A stretch of DNA of 64,000 nt from a bacterium (GTDB taxonomy: Bacteria > Bacillota_I > Bacilli_A > RF39 > UBA660), in NCBI GenBank assembly GCA_022779465.1, contig JALFTB010000036.1:447-64446 (forward strand), written 5' to 3'. The notes beneath the pieces are model-generated. The model was not told the origin of the DNA, ran no database searches, and saw only the letters and a program-made list of their open reading frames with translations. Shown here one piece after another: positions 63,658 through 64,000 of this stretch. The position numbers were made by a program, and so were the translations under genes. How positions within the stretch are numbered: position 1 is the stretch's first letter; each line of letters starts with the position of its first letter.

Positions 63658-64000
<343 letters not shown>

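Overview
AT-rich segment (roughly 27-30% GC by eye, not computed) from the chromosome of a spore-forming Bacillota (Firmicutes) genome. It uses the standard genetic code, is almost fully coding, and most genes lie on the minus strand.

**Backbone.** Translation and RNA-modification genes: rpsD; ileS behind an Ile T-box; rimP-nusA-ylxR-infB-rbfA-truB; tmcAL; rpsP-ylqC; infC-rpmI-rplT behind an L20-type attenuator; rnj; trmB; an rlmD-like gene; rluB; tsaE-tsaB-rimI-tsaD; and 5S plus the 3' end of 23S rRNA.

**Interleaved genes.**
- Sporulation and germination: cotE, a gerA-C-B receptor, STAS-sigF-spoVAC/D/E, dacB-spmA-spmB, a yqfQ-like gene.
- c-di-AMP: cdaA-cdaR.
- Two kinds of extracellular-filament genes: (a) prepilin peptidase, an extended PilC-like platform and a pilin; (b) a SipW-type signal peptidase and three TasA/camelysin-like proteins.
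- A small decaying accessory islet at 30.6-34.5 kb.

I saw no CRISPR array, IS element, integrase or tRNA gene.

**Best candidates for something undescribed.**
1. A SpoIIAA-like STAS gene abuts sigF with no room for spoIIAB, and Gly sits at the phospho-serine position.
2. The SipW/TasA-like fibre locus has duplicated terminators, an upstream two-component system and a distant third paralog.
3. The PilC/PilD pair has no ATPase in the window, and its PilC carries a ~175-aa membrane extension. Nearby are a pilin-gpmI-phosphohexomutase unit and two large surface proteins that share an N-proximal module.
4. An exact 20-nt promoter/5'-UTR cassette occurs in inverted orientation on both sides of a 2.8-kb block.
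5. A consensus-promoter bicistron encodes an orphan ABC/SMC-like ATPase overlapping an RluA-family pseudouridine synthase.
6. Two tandem orphan paralogs lie between rpsD and ileS.

All family calls rest on motifs recognised by eye. No HMM or BLAST search was run.
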